In this document: positions 59,807 through 64,000 of the stretch, piece by piece
How positions within the stretch are numbered: position 1 is the first letter of the stretch
Layout: each line of letters begins with the position of its first letter
DNA from: Desulfomicrobium sp.
GTDB lineage: Bacteria; Desulfobacterota; Desulfovibrionia; Desulfovibrionales; Desulfomicrobiaceae
DNA: 64,000 bases
Assembly: GCA_040768745.1 (NCBI GenBank)
Contig: JAXGMI010000002.1
Location: forward strand, 544,001-608,000
Reading direction: 5' to 3'
Made by a program: the position numbers and the translations under genes
The notes under the pieces: model-generated
Seen by the model: the letters and a program-made list of their open reading frames with translations, nothing else
The model's database searches: none
Told to the model about the DNA's origin: nothing

Positions 59807-61228
59807 TCAACGCCCGTAGGCGTCCTCGAAGCGGACGATATCGTCCTCCCCGAGGTAGCTGCCGACCTGCACCTCGATGAGCTCCAGGGGGATCTTGCCC
59901 GGATTGGCCAGACGGTGCACCGCCCCCAAAGGCAGGTAGACCGACTCGTTCTCGCGCAGGAGGATATCCTCCCCGTCCCGGGTGACCAGGGCCGTACCCT
60001 GAACCACCACCCAATGCTCGGCCCGATGAAAATGTTTCTGCAGGGACAGAACCTGCCCTGGGACAACGCTGATGCGCTTGACTTGATAGCGGGAGCCGTC
60101 CCCAATGGATTCGTAATGTCCCCACGGTCTGAACACCTTCTTGTGGGACACGGCTTCGATGCGGTTCTCGGCTTTCAGCCTGTTCACGATCTCCTTCACT
60201 TCCTGCACCCGGTCCCGGGGTGACACCAGCACGGCGTCGGAAGTCTCCACCACGATGTGGTTCTCCAGGCCCACCGCGGCCAGGAGGCGGGTTTCGGCAT
60301 GGAGGAAGGAGTTGTGCACATCGCACAGCAGCACGTCCCCGATGGCCACGTTCCCGTTCCCGTCCTTTGCCCCGGCCTGCCACAGGGCGTCCCAGGAGCC
60401 CAGGTCATTCCATCCGCACGAAAGGGGCACCACCACTCCCCTGTCCGTCTGCTCCATGACCGCGTAATCGATGGAGTTTTCGGGGCAATCCGCAAAGGCA
60501 TCCCGGTCCAGACGCAGAAAATCCAGGTCCAAGGTGGACCGGGACAGGGCCTGTGCGCAGGCCTGGACGATGTCCGGCGCAAAACGGCCCAGTTCGTCCA
60601 GCACTGTGCGGACATGAAACATGAACATCCCTGAATTCCAGAAATATTCCCCTGAATCCACGTAGGACTGGGCCGTGGCCAGATCAGGCTTCTCCACGAA
60701 CCGGTCAATGGTTCGGGCCGGCAGATCGGCCCCTTCGCTCTCAATGGGCCTCCCCTGGCGGATGTATCCGTACCCGGTTTCCGGAGCGTCGGGCACAATG
60801 CCGAAGGTGACCAGACGGCCCTGAGCCGCGAATCTCCCCCCCTGCCCCACCGCGGCATGGAACTGGGCAGTGTCCTTGATCAGGTGATCCGCAGGCAGCA
60901 CGAGCATGACCGCGTCCGGATCGGCCTGCTCAATCCGCATGGCCGCCACGGCCACGGCCGGGGCCGTATTCCTGCCCACGGGTTCGAGGATGATGGCCGA
61001 AGGGGATACGCCCATGCCCCGCAGCTGCTCGGCAATGATGAAGCGATGCTCCTCGTTGCTGATGACCACGGGATCCCCGACCTCCGCCAGCCCTTTCAAC
61101 CGGCCCATGGTGTTCTGCACCAGGGTATGGTCATCCAGAAGGGGCAGGAGCTGTTTGGGATAGAGCTTGCGGGACAGGGGCCACAGTCTGGTTCCGGATC
61201 CACCGGCCAGGATGACGGGAATGATCAT
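59807..61228 (-). CDS. manC: Mannose-1-phosphate guanylyltransferase / mannose-6-phosphate isomerase
   Basis: ILAGGSGTRLWPLSR..PKQ, EPVGRNTAPA, FVEKP, SIDYAVME, RPWG cupin. Confidence 0.94.
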   Translation of the reverse strand: MIIPVILAGGSGTRLWPLSRKLYPKQLLPLLDDHTLVQNTMGRLKGLAEVGDPVVISNEEHRFIIAEQLRGMGVSPSAIILEPVGRNTAPAVAVAAMRIEQADPDAVMLVLPADHLIKDTAQFHAAVGQGGRFAAQGRLVTFGIVPDAPETGYGYIRQGRPIESEGADLPARTIDRFVEKPDLATAQSYVDSGEYFWNSGMFMFHVRTVLDELGRFAPDIVQACAQALSRSTLDLDFLRLDRDAFADCPENSIDYAVMEQTDRGVVVPLSCGWNDLGSWDALWQAGAKDGNGNVAIGDVLLCDVHNSFLHAETRLLAAVGLENHIVVETSDAVLVSPRDRVQEVKEIVNRLKAENRIEAVSHKKVFRPWGHYESIGDGSRYQVKRISVVPGQVLSLQKHFHRAEHWVVVQGTALVTRDGEDILLRENESVYLPLGAVHRLANPGKIPLELIEVQVGSYLGEDDIVRFEDAYGR

Positions 61229-61453
61229 GATTCCTCCGAACAGACAAAATAGGACGAAACAGCCCACCCCTTTCAGGGCACAGCAGGCCCGGGGCAGATC
61301 AACCCCGCACATGCCCCTGGCAACGTGCAGCATTCTCTATGGTATTGTCGCGCAAATGGAAAGCTTCGTTTTTTTGGATAAAATTCTCTTTTCATCTTGA
61401 TTTTCTGTGTTTCTTTCGACAAAAGGACTTCATTTTGTGCGTGGAGAGTACGC

Positions 61454-62893
61454 GTGGCACAGATTCTCATCATCGACGACGATCCGGACTCCTCCCATAC
61501 CCTGCGGTGCATCATCGAGCGCATGGGGCACCAATGTTTCCTTGCCCGGGACATCATTGGCGCCTTGACCCGATTGTCCGAGCTGCACTGTGACCTCATT
61601 TTCCTGGACACCAACCTCCCTGACGGCGATGGCTTCTCGCACATCGAGCAGTTTCTGTCCTCACCGACCCAGCCCGAAGTCGTCATCCTCATCGAGGAGG
61701 GGGATGCCGACGGGGCGGCCCTGGCCATTGCCAATGGGGCCTGGGACTACGTCAGCAAACCCATCTCCCTGCACAACGTGCAGCTTCTGTTGCAGCGCAC
61801 CCTGACCTACAGGGCCTCCAAGAAGCAGAACACGCCCCGACGGGCCTTCAAACACTGCTCCATCATCGGGGAAAGCCCCGCCATCCGAACCTGCCTGAAT
61901 GCCATGAACACGGTGGCGGCCAGCAGGTCCAACGTCATCGTTTACGGCGAGACAGGCACGGGCAAGGAACTTTTCGCCCGATGCATCCACAAAAACGGCG
62001 GCAACGGGGGCGTTCTGGTGGTGTTCGACTGTGCCAGCCTTCCCAAACATCTGGCCGAGAGCACCCTTTTCGGCCACACCAAAGGCTCTTTCACCAGTGC
62101 CCACAAATCCAGAGACGGCCTTTTCAAGCTGGCCAACAGGGGAACCGTGTTCCTGGACGAAATCGGCGAACTGGACCTCGACCTGCAGAAGTCACTCTTG
62201 CGCGTCCTGCAGGAATACAAGTTCCGGCCCGTGGGATCGGACAATGAGGTGTACAGCAAGTTCCGGGTCATCGCCGCCACGAACAAGGACCTGCGGTCCA
62301 TGGTGGAGCAGGGACGGTTCCGCAGCGACCTCTACTACCGTCTGAACGGGCACACCCTGCACATCCCTCCGCTGCGCAAACGCGCGGAGGACATCCCGCT
62401 GCTGGCCGAACACTATATGGAGAATATCTGCCGGGAATACGGTGTCCCGTTCAAAAAGATCGCGGACGATTTTCTGGACGTGCTCAAAACCTACTCCTGG
62501 CCAGGCAACGTGCGCGAGTTCATCAACGCCATGGTCGTGGCCATGGACAATGCCAGGGAAGGGGACGCTCTCCTCAGTCAGCATCTGCCCCTGGACATCC
62601 GGGTCAGTGTGGTCAGAGAGACCTTCCGTTCCAGGCAGGACAGCTTGCACCCCGGGCTGCCCGGGCCTGCAGGAATGTCGGCCTTCACCATGACCGCGCC
62701 CTATGCCCGGGACAAAGACCTGCCTTCCTTGCGCGAAGTGCGGGCGTTGGTCACCGGTCAGATGGAAAAGCTGTACATGCATCAGCTGGTGCAGGTATGC
62801 GCCAACGATGTCCGGAGCGCATGCAAACGATCCGGACTTTCCCGGACAAGGTTCTACGAGCTGCTCAAGAAACACGCCATCACACTGAAATGA
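61454..62893 (+). CDS. Sigma-54 dependent transcriptional regulator with receiver domain
   Basis: REC domain, GETGTGKE, LFGHTKGSFTSA, FLDEIGE, WPGNVRE, Fis HTH; GTG start inferred. Confidence 0.9.
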   Translation: MAQILIIDDDPDSSHTLRCIIERMGHQCFLARDIIGALTRLSELHCDLIFLDTNLPDGDGFSHIEQFLSSPTQPEVVILIEEGDADGAALAIANGAWDYVSKPISLHNVQLLLQRTLTYRASKKQNTPRRAFKHCSIIGESPAIRTCLNAMNTVAASRSNVIVYGETGTGKELFARCIHKNGGNGGVLVVFDCASLPKHLAESTLFGHTKGSFTSAHKSRDGLFKLANRGTVFLDEIGELDLDLQKSLLRVLQEYKFRPVGSDNEVYSKFRVIAATNKDLRSMVEQGRFRSDLYYRLNGHTLHIPPLRKRAEDIPLLAEHYMENICREYGVPFKKIADDFLDVLKTYSWPGNVREFINAMVVAMDNAREGDALLSQHLPLDIRVSVVRETFRSRQDSLHPGLPGPAGMSAFTMTAPYARDKDLPSLREVRALVTGQMEKLYMHQLVQVCANDVRSACKRSGLSRTRFYELLKKHAITLK

Positions 62894-62894
62894 A

Positions 62895-62916
62895 AAGGGC
62901 CGGTACCCCGGCCCTT
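62895..62916. terminator. Hairpin between convergent genes
   Basis: AAGGGCCGG-tacc-CCGGCCCTT. Confidence 0.55.
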
Positions 62917-63022
62917 GCACTGCCCATTCACCCCCCAGACCCATTCCCGGTCGAACCCTGATGGGACCTGCGCCCAGGGTCAACAAGGAAAAGACGTATT
63001 TTCCAGGGAAATGGAATGCGTC

Positions 63023-64000
63023 TCATTCCTTTTCACGACGGATCTTGGCCCCCACCCGACCGAGCTTCACCTCCAGGTGCTCGTAGCCCCGGTCCAGGTG
63101 ATAAATGCGGCGCACGTCGGTCCGGCCCTCGGCCGCCAGTCCAGCCAGGACGAGACAGGCGCTGGCCCGCAGGTCCGAGGCCATGACCGTGGCCCCCTTG
63201 AGGGTATCCACGCCCCGGACCATGGCGCTTTGGCCGGACAGGGTGATGTGCGCACCCAGACGGCAAAGTTCCTGCACATGCATGAACCGATTCTCGAAAA
63301 TGCCCTCGGTGATGACCCCCGCCCCCGGGCTGCAGCTCATCAGCGCCATGATCTGGGCCTGCATGTCCGTTGGAAATCCGGGGTATGGCCGGGTGGATAC
63401 GTCCACGCCATGCAGGGGGCCATCCACATAGGCCCGGAGGGATGTCTGATCGCCCTCGATGTGCATGCCCATCTCAGTCAGCTTGAAGATGACCGCGTCC
63501 AGGGCGCCCACCGGGCAATCCACGAGCTCGAGATCCCCTTTGGTGATAGCGGCCGCCACCAGATAGGTCCCGGCTTCGATCCGGTCCGGCATGACCCGGT
63601 AGGAGGCGCCTTGCAGGGATTCCACACCCTCGATACGGACCACGCTCGTTCCATGACCGGAAATGCGCGCCCCGCAGGCATTCAGGAAATTGGCCAGATC
63701 CTGGATCTCGGGCTCCCTGGCCGCGTTTTCCAGTACCGTCACGCCCTCGGCCAGGGTCGCGGCCATGATCAGATGCTCGGTTCCACCAACCGTGGGAAAA
63801 TCGAGCTGGATGTGCGCGCCGTGCAACCTGTCACAATTGCCGATGATGTCGCCACTTTCCAGTTCAAAGACCGCGCCCATCTGCGCCAGGCCCTTGAGGT
63901 GCATGTCCACGGGCCTGGCCCCGATGGCGCATCCGCCCGGCAGGGCCACCCTGGCCTGCCCCAGACGGGCCAGGAGCGGACCGAGACAGAGCACGGACGC
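63023..64000 (-). CDS. murA: UDP-N-acetylglucosamine 1-carboxyvinyltransferase (5' end outside window)
   Basis: [49 protein letters not shown]. Confidence 0.96.
   Translation of the reverse strand, partial: ASVLCLGPLLARLGQARVALPGGCAIGARPVDMHLKGLAQMGAVFELESGDIIGNCDRLHGAHIQLDFPTVGGTEHLIMAATLAEGVTVLENAAREPEIQDLANFLNACGARISGHGTSVVRIEGVESLQGASYRVMPDRIEAGTYLVAAAITKGDLELVDCPVGALDAVIFKLTEMGMHIEGDQTSLRAYVDGPLHGVDVSTRPYPGFPTDMQAQIMALMSCSPGAGVITEGIFENRFMHVQELCRLGAHITLSGQSAMVRGVDTLKGATVMASDLRASACLVLAGLAAEGRTDVRRIYHLDRGYEHLEVKLGRVGAKIRREKE

Noticed and set aside
1..64000. CRISPR array, cas genes, rRNA, prophage structural genes, integrase
   Set aside because: No repeat-spacer periodicity or diagnostic motifs seen by eye.

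Overview
GC-rich bacterial chromosome segment whose gene content suggests a sulfate-reducing Desulfovibrionales bacterium, possibly Desulfomicrobium-like (inference only). Positions 1-34.4 kb and 53.6-64 kb are housekeeping: ybbP/ybbA/tesA, rluA, vWA-OmpA, dinB, an amino-acid ABC transporter, paaK-like ligase, dnaB-rplI-rpsR-rpsF, a two-component system, ygiQ, IHF/HU, pdxK, a mla operon, a TRAP transporter with TetR, ubiX, trpS, prlC, ylqF, manC and murA. Between them lies a ~19 kb accessory island ending at the 3' end of tRNA-Arg(CCG). It carries a complete type 1 BREX system (brxA-brxB-brxC-pglX-pglZ-brxL). pglX has an AT-rich, apparently swapped specificity region and is flanked by two inserted toxin-like genes: a class II Fic AMPylase and an AT-rich stand-alone HEPN (RxxxxH) protein. 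The island continues with a secreted degenerate PD-(D/E)XK-like protein, an RTX/DUF4214 surface protein and nested IS4-like remnants; no integrase is visible. The best candidate for something new is the Fic/HEPN-augmented BREX. Outside the island, the MlaF ATPase fused to a degenerate GGDEF domain in an operon lacking mlaB stands out. All calls come from reading motifs by eye; no database search was run.
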